A DNA stretch of 64,000 bases, from contig JBBQZN010000010.1 in assembly GCA_038207725.1 (NCBI GenBank), positions 1,838 to 65,837 on the forward strand, read 5' to 3'. Position 1 is the first letter of the stretch. The number at the start of each line of letters is the position of its first letter. Origin of the DNA: Bacteroidales bacterium (GTDB lineage: Bacteria > Bacteroidota > Bacteroidia > Bacteroidales > VadinHA17). A program made the translations under genes and the position numbers. The notes under the pieces are model-generated. The model saw nothing but the letters and a program-made list of their open reading frames with translations. It was not told the DNA's origin and did no database searches. This document shows, in pieces, positions 9,454 to 19,659 of this stretch.

Positions 9454-10815
9454 TTAATCTTCTGCTTTTTTCCCTATATGAACCACACTCTTTACTTCAC
9501 TGATAGCCATAATCGGTATATAGCGGAAGAAAAGCAGTATTCCGAGTGCAAATAATCCTATTGTTCCTAAATAAACACCTATTTCAATATGGGTCGGAGT
9601 ATATGAAACCCAGTTAGATGGAAGGAAATCTTTGCTCAGAGATGTTATTACTATATTGAATCGCTCAAACCACATCCCCAGGTTAATGAAAAGCGAAACA
9701 ACAAGAAGACCAACCCAGTTTCTTCTTATCTTTTTAAACCAGAAGAGCTGTGGAATAAGAGCATTGCAGATAATCATTCCCCAGAACTGAATTGTATAAT
9801 CACCGGTAATCCTGTTTCTGAAAAAGGTGAACATCTCATACTCGTTTCCTGAGTACCATGCAACAAATACTTCAGTAGCATACGCTGTTCCCATTATGAG
9901 AGAAATAAACACCAGAATGCGTGCTATCGCATCCATGTGATTATCTGTAACATAATCAGTAAGTTTATAAATCTTTCTCACGATAACCATTAAAGTCATA
10001 ACCATGGCAAATCCGGAGAAAATTGCTCCCACAACAAAATAGGGTGGGAATAATGTTGTATGCCAACCCGGCTGAACGCTTACTGCAAAGTCGGTCGAAA
10101 CAATTGAATGCACGGAAACTACCAGAACAGCTGCTATACCTCCCAGTATGAAGCTAAGCGATTCAAAGCGTATCCAGTGCTGGCTTGAGCCTGTCCATCC
10201 CATTCCGAAGAATGCATAAACAGCTTTTTTGACTTTCGATTTTGTCCTGTCGCGGATAGTTGCAAAATCTGGCAACATCCCCAGGTACCAGAAGGAAATT
10301 GATATAAGAAGATAAGCTGTAATTGCTATAAAGTCCCAGAATAGTGGTGAGTTGAAATTAACCCAGAGAGGTCCGCGGGTATTCGGATAAGGGAAAATAT
10401 AGAAAGCCAGCCAGACCCTCCCCATATGCAATGCGGGAAAAAGTGCCGCCATTAATACGGCAACAACTGTCATTGCTTCGGCAGCCCTGTTTATGGATGT
10501 TCTCCATCGTTGCCGCAATATAAGAAGGAATATAGAAAATGCCGTCCCTGCATGCCCGATTCCTACCCACCATACAAAGTTTACAATCTCCCAACCCCAT
10601 GCAACAGAGTTATTTACACCCCAGGTTCCAATTCCCTTCGAAACGGTCATATAAATGGCATAAAACCCAAATAAGGCCGCCAGTGATGATATTCCGAATG
10701 CTATATACCACCATAGACCCGGGGTGGTATCCATCGGAGATAGAATCTCTTTGGAAATCTGACCGAATGTCTTATTTCCTTCTACAAGTGGTCCGCGGAT
10801 ATTCCTGTTATACAT
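9454..10815 (-). CDS. actC: Alternative Complex III subunit ActC (NrfD/PsrC-like quinol-interacting membrane subunit)
   Basis: 453-aa polytopic NrfD-like protein directly downstream of the Fe-S/molybdopterin-like subunit. Confidence 0.85.
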   Translation of the reverse strand: MYNRNIRGPLVEGNKTFGQISKEILSPMDTTPGLWWYIAFGISSLAALFGFYAIYMTVSKGIGTWGVNNSVAWGWEIVNFVWWVGIGHAGTAFSIFLLILRQRWRTSINRAAEAMTVVAVLMAALFPALHMGRVWLAFYIFPYPNTRGPLWVNFNSPLFWDFIAITAYLLISISFWYLGMLPDFATIRDRTKSKVKKAVYAFFGMGWTGSSQHWIRFESLSFILGGIAAVLVVSVHSIVSTDFAVSVQPGWHTTLFPPYFVVGAIFSGFAMVMTLMVIVRKIYKLTDYVTDNHMDAIARILVFISLIMGTAYATEVFVAWYSGNEYEMFTFFRNRITGDYTIQFWGMIICNALIPQLFWFKKIRRNWVGLLVVSLFINLGMWFERFNIVITSLSKDFLPSNWVSYTPTHIEIGVYLGTIGLFALGILLFFRYIPIMAISEVKSVVHIGKKAED

Positions 10816-10833
10816 CGATTACCTTATGATAAT

Positions 10834-13815
10834 TTATGACTCTGTTTCTTCATCATTCCAGACTTTTGTCAGGAACCCCACTGCAGGCAGGGTATGCAAA
10901 TCTTCAAGTAAATGGTAGCGCCGCGGATCTTCGAACAATTTAGATACCTGACTGTTCTTGTCATTCAGATTACCGAATACAATTGCATTTGCAGGACAAG
11001 CCTGCATACAGGCAGTCTTTATTTCATTATCCCTGAGAGTTCTGTTTTCAAGCTTTGCAAGAAGTTTTTTCTCCTGAATCCTTTGAACACAGAAAGAACA
11101 TTTTTCAACAACGCCTCGTTCCCTTACTGTGACATCAGGATTCAAAACCATCCTTCCAAGGTCAGAAGATGTATTGAAATCAAATGCTTTATTGTTTGTA
11201 TAGCGATACCAGTTAAACCGCCTAACTTTATATGGGCAGTTGTTAATACAATACTTGGTTCCAATACAGCGGTTGTATGACATCTGGTTCAATCCTTCAC
11301 TGCTATGGTTTGTAGCCGATACAGGACAAACATTCTCACACGGGGCATTATCGCAATGCTGACATGTAATAGGTTGAAAGAAAACTTTCGGATCTTCTGG
11401 CGTGTCTGAATAATACCTGTCTATTTTTATCCAGTGCATTATTCTTCTGTTTCGCACCTCTTTCTTACCGACAACGGGTATATTATTCTCAGCCTGGCAT
11501 GAAATAACACAGGAATTGCAGCCAGTACATGCGTTCAGGTCAATTGCCATTCCCCAGTGAAATCCATCATGTTTTATTTCAGGATAAAGTGTCTGGTGAC
11601 CTGATTCATATTCTTCATGCATTTCATTTCCTGATGCAGGATTCTCTTTATATTTGCTCAGTACCGTTTCTCTGACAATAGGCCTGCCTTCCATTGAATG
11701 ATGCACCTGTGTAAGTGCTAATCCGGCATCTGTCTTCGTATTTTCTATCTTTTCGGTAACAAAACCGTATACCTTGTTTCCCCCCGATGACTTTATTAAA
11801 GGATAGACATTTACACCCACATTATTTGAAACCGGACCTGAATTTGTATGTCCGTAACCAACGGCAACTGAAATTGTTCCTTCAGCCTGACCTGGTTGTA
11901 TAAATGCCGGCAGTACAAGATTTTCACCAATTCTGATTATGTGACCTGTTATTATCTCAAGTTTTTGTGCGTCGGCTGTCGATATCGCTGCAACATTGTC
12001 CCAGCAATGACGCGACACAGGATCGGGCAATTCCATTAACCATGGATTATTGGAATGAATCCCGGAGCCTAAAGCAACACTCTCAAAAAAGACAATTTCA
12101 TAAGCACTGCCTGTTGTAGTTCCACTTGTTTTTGCAGAATCTGAAAGTGCTGTAGTGTTAAAAACCAGAGGTTTAATATCTGTAACTGAATAATTAAACA
12201 CACCGTTACCGAGAGAAAGATCCCAGAAGTTTTTGAAAGCCTTTACTGATGATTTCGGAAAATATTCCTTTTCCCAGTTTGCCATCAGATAATCATGCCA
12301 TGAAAGCATATTGCCCGCCCATTTCAAAAGAGAATCCTGGAAAGATCGTGTGTCAAAAAGAGGATTTATACAAGGCTGGCTAAGGCTAAGCTGACCCGGA
12401 ATTATCTCTGCATCATCCCACGCTTCGAGATAGTGAGGAACCGGACATTCATATTTTGCTTTCCCGACAGTTTCATTCTGCGAGCCGGCCATATTAACTG
12501 TAAGTGTAGTATTCTTAAGTCCTGTTAAAAACTTTTCTGATTCGGGGTAATCATATGCGGGGTTAACATTATACATAAAGAGAGCTTTCACCTTTCCGCT
12601 ATTCATGTCATTAACAAGCTCTTCAGTCTGGCTGTCAATTCCTGCTGCAATATTGATGTGATTATTAAGATCTATACACTCTGAGTAAGAACCCAATAAG
12701 TTGTTTATTCCATTAACAATTATCTGAATTTCAAGGTCATTGGTCCCTGATAAAACTAATGATTTGCCTTTTGAGGCCAGAAGATTATCAGCGAGATCTG
12801 AAATATCCTGTGTGTAGTTAATTCCGGGGAGTATCTCATTGCCACTTTTTTCAGCGATCCGATTATAAAGCCCTGCCAGTAGTGTTTTTTCTTCCGATGG
12901 TTTTATTTTAATTCTTTTATCGGCATTGCTTCCCGTGAGGCTCATCCCTGACTCAAGATGAACATGGCGCAACATCTTTTTTTCTTTATTACCGGGTTTT
13001 CTCCGGGATACATATTTTGGAATAAAATGAACCGGAGAACCCCAGGTTCCCAGGAAGTCGGCATTAACCGATACTACCATTCCGGCATTCTGAAAATTAT
13101 AATCGGGAATTACGGCTTTCCCAAAGCATAAGGAGTTTGCTTCAAGAATAGCAGAATATGAAACAGCGTCGTACTGTACCCACTTAAAGTTTTTAAATTT
13201 TGCACCAAATTCGCCGATAAGCCTTTTAGTAGACGGCGAAATTATTGTTGATGTCATCAGAACAATTTGCCCTCCCTCATCGTCAATTTTTCTTAATTCA
13301 GAGGAGATCTGTCCGTCTATGACCTCCCATGTTACCGGAGAACCGGAAATAGCCGGGTTTTTAAGACGTGAATCATCATATAAACTTAATATTGAAGCCT
13401 GTACTCTTGCAGAAGTACCTTCACCGTTGAATAAAGAGAGATTATTCCCCTCAATTTTTATCGGCCGCCCGTCTCTGGTCTTAACCAGGATTCCTGAATA
13501 TTCATGTCCGTCAAAAAATGTTGTTGCATAATATAATGCTTTCCCGGGTGTTACTTCCGGCGGCTGTATTATATAAGGAATGGCGTTTTGCACCGGTCTC
13601 TTGCATGCCGACATAATTACAGCTGATGAAACACTGATACCGAATACTTTAAGAAAATTTCTCCTGGAAGAACTCAGCTTCAGGAAATCATCCTCAAACA
13701 ATTCGAGAACTTCATTTTTGTGACCTGCCTCAACCTTTCCGTTGTCAGGAGCAGGAACACCATGAAATTCCTCAACACTTTTCCAGTATTTTTTTGTCAT
13801 CTGTTTCATTTTCAA
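10834..13815 (-). CDS. actB: Alternative Complex III subunit ActB (Tat-exported fusion of a molybdopterin-oxidoreductase-like domain and a 4Fe-4S ferredoxin domain)
   Basis: Twin-arginine motif SRRNFLK. The C-terminal part has multiple Cys clusters (CTGCNSCVISC, CQHCDNAPCENVCP, CIGTKYCINNCP). Length is 993 aa. Confidence 0.9.
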   Translation of the reverse strand: MKMKQMTKKYWKSVEEFHGVPAPDNGKVEAGHKNEVLELFEDDFLKLSSSRRNFLKVFGISVSSAVIMSACKRPVQNAIPYIIQPPEVTPGKALYYATTFFDGHEYSGILVKTRDGRPIKIEGNNLSLFNGEGTSARVQASILSLYDDSRLKNPAISGSPVTWEVIDGQISSELRKIDDEGGQIVLMTSTIISPSTKRLIGEFGAKFKNFKWVQYDAVSYSAILEANSLCFGKAVIPDYNFQNAGMVVSVNADFLGTWGSPVHFIPKYVSRRKPGNKEKKMLRHVHLESGMSLTGSNADKRIKIKPSEEKTLLAGLYNRIAEKSGNEILPGINYTQDISDLADNLLASKGKSLVLSGTNDLEIQIIVNGINNLLGSYSECIDLNNHINIAAGIDSQTEELVNDMNSGKVKALFMYNVNPAYDYPESEKFLTGLKNTTLTVNMAGSQNETVGKAKYECPVPHYLEAWDDAEIIPGQLSLSQPCINPLFDTRSFQDSLLKWAGNMLSWHDYLMANWEKEYFPKSSVKAFKNFWDLSLGNGVFNYSVTDIKPLVFNTTALSDSAKTSGTTTGSAYEIVFFESVALGSGIHSNNPWLMELPDPVSRHCWDNVAAISTADAQKLEIITGHIIRIGENLVLPAFIQPGQAEGTISVAVGYGHTNSGPVSNNVGVNVYPLIKSSGGNKVYGFVTEKIENTKTDAGLALTQVHHSMEGRPIVRETVLSKYKENPASGNEMHEEYESGHQTLYPEIKHDGFHWGMAIDLNACTGCNSCVISCQAENNIPVVGKKEVRNRRIMHWIKIDRYYSDTPEDPKVFFQPITCQHCDNAPCENVCPVSATNHSSEGLNQMSYNRCIGTKYCINNCPYKVRRFNWYRYTNNKAFDFNTSSDLGRMVLNPDVTVRERGVVEKCSFCVQRIQEKKLLAKLENRTLRDNEIKTACMQACPANAIVFGNLNDKNSQVSKLFEDPRRYHLLEDLHTLPAVGFLTKVWNDEETES

Positions 13816-13825
13816 GATTCAGCAA

Positions 13826-14980
13826 TTAGTAATGGCATTTCATGCATTCGGTACCTCCAATCATGGATACTGTAACGCTGTCTATCTCTCCCTTGCTCAT
13901 TCTGCCGTATAATTCTTTATATTCAGTATAAAATTTATTCTCCTTAAAATTAACATCTTTTGTTCGGTGACAATTGATGCACCATCCCATAGTCAGCTCG
14001 TTGTTTAGTTTGATCCTGTCCATTTTGTCAACGGCACCATGACATTCAGTGCAGTTCAATCCTGCGGCTCCAACATGCTGGGCATGACTGAAAAATACAT
14101 GGTCGGGAAGGCTATAAACCTTTACCCATTCAAGCGGTTTCTTCTCCTCAAAGTTTCTGATGACTTTAGCTATCTCAAAAGTTCCCGAGCGTGTTCCTTT
14201 ACGAACCAGAAGATGGCAATTCATGCAAACATTTTCCGGTGGTATCCCGGCCGACTTGCTATACGGAGCATAACTATGGCAATAAATACAATCTGTCTGG
14301 TTTTGTCCGGCATGAACAGCATGCGAAAATTTTACGGGCTGATCGGGTTCATAATCAGGCGAATGTCCGATGGCTATTGCATCAACGACAAAAGTTCTTG
14401 TTATAAATCCTCCGGCAATAAGGATTATGACGAGGTGAATCCAGGATTTCTTTAACTTTTTAGTAATAAGCAGATCGGTAATTGAAAAAAGAATAAGTAT
14501 TGAGGCCACAACGAAGAGAAAAAGGTTAGTTACAACAGGCTTTTTCTGTTTAAGTCCGATAGTCGTAAATTCATCCATGTAGCCTTTTAGCATAACTACA
14601 TCCTCTGGAGTAAACTGAAACCCATTATGAACCTGAACCATCTTTTCACCGGATGGCTTCAGCAATACTTTGTTTAAATCGGCGGAACTCTTATCAAGGT
14701 ACTTTTTCGAAATATCAAGAGCATCAGGATTCCAGTTCAGGGTATCAGAATAAACCGTATTATGACAGCCGGCACAATTTACTGATTTGTCACCCCTGTA
14801 AACCAATCCGTAAAATAACCTCTCACCACGAACGAGCTCTTCTGCTTTTAATGATCTTGGACTATTAAGTATTGAATCTGCATTCTGGGCAATAACTACC
14901 GGGAAGGAAAATAAGAAAAATGAAATAAAAATGGAAAGGTGTAAATACCGTAAATATTTTAAATAATATGAATTACCCAT
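13826..14980 (-). CDS. actA: Alternative Complex III subunit ActA (membrane-anchored multiheme cytochrome c)
   Basis: Six CxxCH motifs can be read (CAGCH, CIYCH, CMNCH, CTECH, CINCH, CMKCH). There is a central TM helix, and it is the first gene of the operon. Confidence 0.85.
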   Translation of the reverse strand: MGNSYYLKYLRYLHLSIFISFFLFSFPVVIAQNADSILNSPRSLKAEELVRGERLFYGLVYRGDKSVNCAGCHNTVYSDTLNWNPDALDISKKYLDKSSADLNKVLLKPSGEKMVQVHNGFQFTPEDVVMLKGYMDEFTTIGLKQKKPVVTNLFLFVVASILILFSITDLLITKKLKKSWIHLVIILIAGGFITRTFVVDAIAIGHSPDYEPDQPVKFSHAVHAGQNQTDCIYCHSYAPYSKSAGIPPENVCMNCHLLVRKGTRSGTFEIAKVIRNFEEKKPLEWVKVYSLPDHVFFSHAQHVGAAGLNCTECHGAVDKMDRIKLNNELTMGWCINCHRTKDVNFKENKFYTEYKELYGRMSKGEIDSVTVSMIGGTECMKCHY

Positions 14981-15205
14981 CAGCTCAATTTTTTAAAGTA
15001 ATTACTTCAGATCAGGCGGTTAATAAATATCCGGCTCTCAAAATCCTTCCAAGTCAAAAATAATAAAAAAGAATTAATCAGTCCGATGTTATAGCTGATA
15101 TTTAACACATGATCAGACTGGCGGCAAAAAGATCTGCCATTTATACTTGCACTTCATTTATTCATAAATGTATGATTCTTATTTCATTATTTGCAATAGT
15201 CTGCT

Positions 15206-15213
15206 TATCTTTG
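15206..15213 (+). promoter_or_regulatory. Candidate -7 box TAtcTTTG upstream of the lipoprotein gene
   Basis: Exact TAnnTTTG match 89 nt upstream of the ATG at 15302. Confidence 0.3.
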
Positions 15214-15301
15214 CAGGGAAAGTGCAACTTTTATTAAAATTATACGTTTATATAAGATGTTCAGTAAAATTATGGTTCATTAATAATTTAAGCTTTATAC
15301 T

Positions 15302-16105
15302 ATGAAAAAAGTACTTTTTGTTTGTCTGATAATATTACTTTCTGCCGGGTTTTATGCCGGATGTAAGAAAGACAAAGGAGATCCTCCTGTGCTTCCTCCA
15401 TATGAAACAATGACAATTGATTTCACAAACTTTACAAGTCTGACCAAAGGCGGGCAGGACTTTTCTGTTAAGGGAACCAACACAAGCAACTGGGAATTCG
15501 CAGCAAGTGTTGCTGTAATATGGAAACTGATAATTGCCAATACTCTGGCCGTTCCTGTTGCAGCTTTCAAGGTTGCTGTTGACCAGAAACCTGTTTATCT
15601 TGATAAAAACTCGTGGCAGTGGAGTTACAACGTAAGTGTTCTTGGTGTATCATATAAAGCAAGGCTTACCGGTCTGATCGGAGCTGCCAATGTTACCTGG
15701 AAGATGTACATCACTCAGGGAACTGCTACTGAATTCATATGGTTTGAAGGGACATCAAAACTTAACGGAACAGGAGGTCAGTGGATTTTAAATGAGAGTG
15801 CTGCTACTCCTGCACCATATCTGCAGATCGACTGGACAAAATCAGGTACCTCCATTGGAAAGATCACCTATACAAGTGTTAAAAACCTTTCTCCTTTCAA
15901 AGGAAGCTATATAGAATACGGATTAACTTCAGCTGCCTTAAATGCATATTATACTATTCATTATTATAACGACATAAAGTTCTCCGACGTTAATGTGGAA
16001 TGGAATACAACAGCAAAAAACGGAAGAGTAAAATGTCTCGAATATCTTGGAGACAGCAACTGGTATTGCTGGAGTGCAACAAAACTGAATATAATATGTC
16101 CCTGA
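15302..16105 (+). CDS. Hypothetical lipoprotein
   Basis: Signal peptide plus lipobox (FYAGC). I recognise no family motif. Confidence 0.6.
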   Translation: MKKVLFVCLIILLSAGFYAGCKKDKGDPPVLPPYETMTIDFTNFTSLTKGGQDFSVKGTNTSNWEFAASVAVIWKLIIANTLAVPVAAFKVAVDQKPVYLDKNSWQWSYNVSVLGVSYKARLTGLIGAANVTWKMYITQGTATEFIWFEGTSKLNGTGGQWILNESAATPAPYLQIDWTKSGTSIGKITYTSVKNLSPFKGSYIEYGLTSAALNAYYTIHYYNDIKFSDVNVEWNTTAKNGRVKCLEYLGDSNWYCWSATKLNIICP

Positions 16106-16122
16106 GAGGGAATTAAAATACT

Positions 16123-16140
16123 AAAGAGGCTGTCTCAAAA
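16123..16140. repeat. Second copy of the 18-mer aaagaggctgtctcaaaa (the left arm of the 102-154 hairpin) without its partner arm
   Basis: Identical 18-mer at 103-120 and 16123-16140. Confidence 0.8.
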
Positions 16141-16182
16141 ACTTAATTTTTATTAATTTGCGCCCCAATAATTAAAACCAGT

Positions 16183-16794
16183 ATGATGTCATTGGGGAAA
16201 AAAGCTGTATTATTTATTCTGCTTATACTGTTTGTTGACCAGGTTTTGAAAATATGGATTAAGACCCATATGACAATAGGTCAGGAGTTTCATATATTCG
16301 GAAACTGGGGAATTATACATTTCATTGAGAACAACGGAATGGCGTTCGGCATGGAAATGGGCGGCAGAACAGGTAAGTTAGTTCTAAGCATATTCAGGAT
16401 AGTAGCTATATTCGGAATAGGATTTTTTCTGGCCTCACTCATAAAGAAGAATGCCTATCCCGGACTGATACTTGCAGTAAGTGCTATTATGGCAGGGGCT
16501 GTCGGAAATATGATCGACAGCGCTTTTTATGGATTAATATTCAGTGAAAGCTTTCATCAGCCGGCAGTGATGTTTCCACCTGATGGAGGATACTCTTCAT
16601 TTCTTCACGGAAGAGTAGTAGACATGTTTTACTTCCCGGTTATAAATACACACTGGCCTGACTGGTCGCCTTTCAGATCAGGAGAGACCTTTATCTTTTT
16701 CAGACCGGTCTTTAACATTGCTGATTCAGCTATTACCTGTGGGGTAATTTCGATAATCCTTTTTCAGAAAAAAATGTTCCACGAACTCTCCTGA
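16183..16794 (+). CDS. lspA: Lipoprotein signal peptidase (signal peptidase II)
   Basis: Motifs NNGMAFGM, VVDMFYF and FNIADSAI, with 4 TM segments. Confidence 0.9.
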   Translation: MMSLGKKAVLFILLILFVDQVLKIWIKTHMTIGQEFHIFGNWGIIHFIENNGMAFGMEMGGRTGKLVLSIFRIVAIFGIGFFLASLIKKNAYPGLILAVSAIMAGAVGNMIDSAFYGLIFSESFHQPAVMFPPDGGYSSFLHGRVVDMFYFPVINTHWPDWSPFRSGETFIFFRPVFNIADSAITCGVISIILFQKKMFHELS

Positions 16795-16820
16795 AAAGTC
16801 CTGCGCGTTTTTAAAATCTT

Positions 16821-17123
16821 CTATTCCTGACAGCAGGAACTTACGCAGCTCAGAATTGTTCTGAGATTATCGTGCTTAAGGAAATACCATGTGTTCTTAC
16901 CATCACGCTTTGACGATAAAACTCCACGATCTTTGAGTATTCCAAGATGATGAGATGCTGTAGATTGCTCTATTCCAAGCTGTTTGTGTATTTCTGTTAC
17001 TGTTCGCTTTTGTCCGTCCTCGAGGCAGCCCACAATTGAAATCCTAACAGGATGAGCAATTGCTTTCAGCATATTTGCAGCCCTTTCCAGACTTTCGGGA
17101 CTGAGATCTTTAAATTCCGTCAT
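16821..17123 (-). CDS. ArsR/SmtB-family winged-helix transcriptional regulator
   Basis: HTH region AHPVRISIVGCLEDG...TVTEIHKQLGIEQSTASHHLGILKDRGVL. The ATG at 17123 is preferred over the GTG at 17141 because a -7 box lies at 17141-17148. Confidence 0.8.
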   Translation of the reverse strand: MTEFKDLSPESLERAANMLKAIAHPVRISIVGCLEDGQKRTVTEIHKQLGIEQSTASHHLGILKDRGVLSSKRDGKNTWYFLKHDNLRTILSCVSSCCQE

Positions 17124-17140
17124 GATAGTTTTTCTTCGCA

Positions 17141-17148
17141 CAAATATA
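17141..17148 (-). promoter_or_regulatory. Candidate -7 box TAtaTTTG for the ArsR-family gene
   Basis: The reverse complement of caaatata matches TAnnTTTG about 18 nt upstream of the ATG at 17123. Confidence 0.35.
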
Positions 17149-17230
17149 TATAAATATGTTGATATGATAAAAGATCCTCTTTAATCCTTAGTAAATCAGC
17201 GATACGTTATTCACGAACAACTGATTTTAG

Positions 17231-17238
17231 TATATTTG
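17231..17238 (+). promoter_or_regulatory. Candidate -7 box TAtaTTTG for the polyprenyl synthase gene
   Basis: Exact TAnnTTTG match 17 nt upstream of the ATG at 17255. Confidence 0.35.
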
Positions 17239-17254
17239 AGCGAAATTTTTTCCT

Positions 17255-18229
17255 ATGCCTGTTCTCACCAGAATTAAAAGACCGGTTGAAAAGGAGATGG
17301 CTGAGTTTGAAGCCTACTTTGCCAAAACTATGCGCGGTGAGATCCCTCTGTTAAATATAATTCTCAATTATATTCTACGCAGGAAAGGAAAACAGATGAG
17401 ACCCCTGCTGGTGTTTCTGACAGCTAAGCTAAATGGCACTATTTCAGAACCCACTTTTGTTGCAGCAACTTTTATTGAACTTCTTCATACCGCATCGCTG
17501 GTTCACGATGATGTTGTGGATGATGCTCATGAAAGACGCGGGTCGCTTTCAATAAATGCGTTATGGAATTCCAAAATTGCCGTACTCGTAGGGGATTATA
17601 TGCTTTCGAAGGGGATGCTTATAAGTGTTGAGAAGGGCCGGTTCGATATGCTCGAGATTGTTTCTGAAGCAGTAAAATCGATGAGCGAAGGCGAACTTCT
17701 TCAACTTCAGAAGGCCAGAAAACAGAATATAAAAGAAGAAGATTATTTTAGAATAATTGTAAGTAAAACAGCAGCCCTGATCTCTGCATGTACCGCCTGT
17801 GGTGCCCGTTCGGTAACTGATAATTCTGACGCTATTCAGCTTATGAAAGATTTCGGAGAGAACATTGGTGTGGCATTCCAGATAAGAGACGATCTTCTTG
17901 ATTATGAAGGAACCGGAATTACAGGGAAGATAGCCGGAAATGATATAAAGGAGAGAAAAATTACTCTTCCCCTTATACATGCTCTGGAACAAACCTCAGG
18001 CTCAGCAAGGCGGCACATTCTGGGAATTGTAAAGAGCCGTAAAAAAACAAAGCAGGAGATAAATGAGGTCATCACATTTGTCGCTGAGAACGGCGGAATG
18101 GAGTATGCAGAGAATAAAATGAATCAGTACAGAGACAAAGCACTGGCAATACTTGATTCTTATCCTGAATCAGACGTAAAAGAGTCGTTAAAGGAGTTTG
18201 TAAATTACACTAGCTCCAGAAAAAAATAG
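17255..18229 (+). CDS. Polyprenyl diphosphate synthase (IspB-like long-chain trans-prenyltransferase)
   Basis: First and second Asp-rich motifs are present (LVHDDVVDD and FQIRDDLLDY). Confidence 0.9.
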   Translation: MPVLTRIKRPVEKEMAEFEAYFAKTMRGEIPLLNIILNYILRRKGKQMRPLLVFLTAKLNGTISEPTFVAATFIELLHTASLVHDDVVDDAHERRGSLSINALWNSKIAVLVGDYMLSKGMLISVEKGRFDMLEIVSEAVKSMSEGELLQLQKARKQNIKEEDYFRIIVSKTAALISACTACGARSVTDNSDAIQLMKDFGENIGVAFQIRDDLLDYEGTGITGKIAGNDIKERKITLPLIHALEQTSGSARRHILGIVKSRKKTKQEINEVITFVAENGGMEYAENKMNQYRDKALAILDSYPESDVKESLKEFVNYTSSRKK

Positions 18230-18231
18230 TG

Positions 18232-19518
18232 TCAGGCAGCCTCAAGCTGAACATGTGCTACATTCTCAAGATCCTTCTTATAATGCCTTGATCCAAGCCA
18301 GAACAGAAATGCTCCGAGCAGAAGAACAAACGGAAGTACTGACAAGGCAGTCTGTATATTTGTCAGGTCATATATTTTACCCATTACAACTGGCGCTGTT
18401 GAAGCACCAAGAAGATTCTGAACAACAACGGCTATTGCATACGAGGTCGCTCTTAGTCCCGGGTGTATAACATCCTGAGTAACAGCAGCGGCGCCTGAAA
18501 TAAAGGCCAGAACCAGCACACCGAAAACAAGAAAAACAACATATTGCATGCTCCCCTTCCCAAGAGCCAGAGCAGTAAACAATGCAATTGCCGAGAGAAC
18601 GGTTGTCACAACAGGAAACATCAGTCGTGCATCTATCCTGGTCTTGCGCCACTTATCAGTTAAGTACCCGCCGAGAGGTGCTCCGACAATAGCAAGAACC
18701 ATAACTGAACTTGCCATCTGACCCGCCTTGTCCTGTGCAATGCCTCTTGTGTTCTGAAAATATGTAGGCAGCCAGGTCAGCAATGAAGTTGTAACAAAAA
18801 CTACAGCAGCCATACCGAAGTAAGTAAAAAGAACCGATGGCTTGGTAATGAATTCCTTTACAAGATCTTTCCTCTCCATCTTTACAGTGTTTTTATTACT
18901 GTCGACAAAGGAGAGATCAACGGTTTTATAATCTTTTACAAAAAGAAACAGAATCGCAACAATCAATCCAGGTATGGCTACAATTCCAAAAGCATGTTTC
19001 CAACCAAGTTTGGCTGCTATTATTCCTCCAAGCAGAACGCCTATTGCCGATCCAAGCGGAATTGCGGCATTCCATATTCCCATCATCCGGGCTCTTTTAT
19101 CGATAGGATAAAGCCCTGAGATCATTGCACTCCCGCCGGGAGCATAACCTGCTTCACCCACACCTATAAGAAGACGTGCCAAAAACAGCTGGGCAAAATT
19201 TCCGGTAAGAGCACACAGGGCTGTGGCAATACTCCACATGATGGCCATCACTCCTATTGTTTTGGTCCTGCTCCACCTGTCAACAAGTATTGAGATTGGG
19301 AATGTGAGAAGAACAATGGCCCAGTAAACAGCCGAAACAAGCAATCCGCTTTGTGTGTGAGTAATACCCCAGTCTGCTTCTATTGATGTAAACATTGACG
19401 TAACAACCATTCTGTCGATATAGTCGAACATATACAACAGAAAAAGAAGTATGAACACATAATTAGAGTACCCTTTTGAAAAGAGATAACCCGCACGATC
19501 TTCTGTTTTTGCCATCAT
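18232..19518 (-). CDS. MFS transporter
   Basis: About 12 TM segments and MFS loop motifs (DRWSRTKT, GVGEAGYAPG). The ATG at 19518 is preferred over the TTG at 19542. Confidence 0.8.
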   Translation of the reverse strand: MMAKTEDRAGYLFSKGYSNYVFILLFLLYMFDYIDRMVVTSMFTSIEADWGITHTQSGLLVSAVYWAIVLLTFPISILVDRWSRTKTIGVMAIMWSIATALCALTGNFAQLFLARLLIGVGEAGYAPGGSAMISGLYPIDKRARMMGIWNAAIPLGSAIGVLLGGIIAAKLGWKHAFGIVAIPGLIVAILFLFVKDYKTVDLSFVDSNKNTVKMERKDLVKEFITKPSVLFTYFGMAAVVFVTTSLLTWLPTYFQNTRGIAQDKAGQMASSVMVLAIVGAPLGGYLTDKWRKTRIDARLMFPVVTTVLSAIALFTALALGKGSMQYVVFLVFGVLVLAFISGAAAVTQDVIHPGLRATSYAIAVVVQNLLGASTAPVVMGKIYDLTNIQTALSVLPFVLLLGAFLFWLGSRHYKKDLENVAHVQLEAA

Positions 19519-19659
19519 TCTTTGAATTTTTAAAAACCCCAACCAAGTAAATAAAAATAAATGTCAGTTGGCTTTTTTGTTGTATTTTTAAGTCTTTATA
19601 CTTATTATTGGGTTTAATTCAATTAACCTGTTATAACAACTTCACAACATTTAAAAGCC

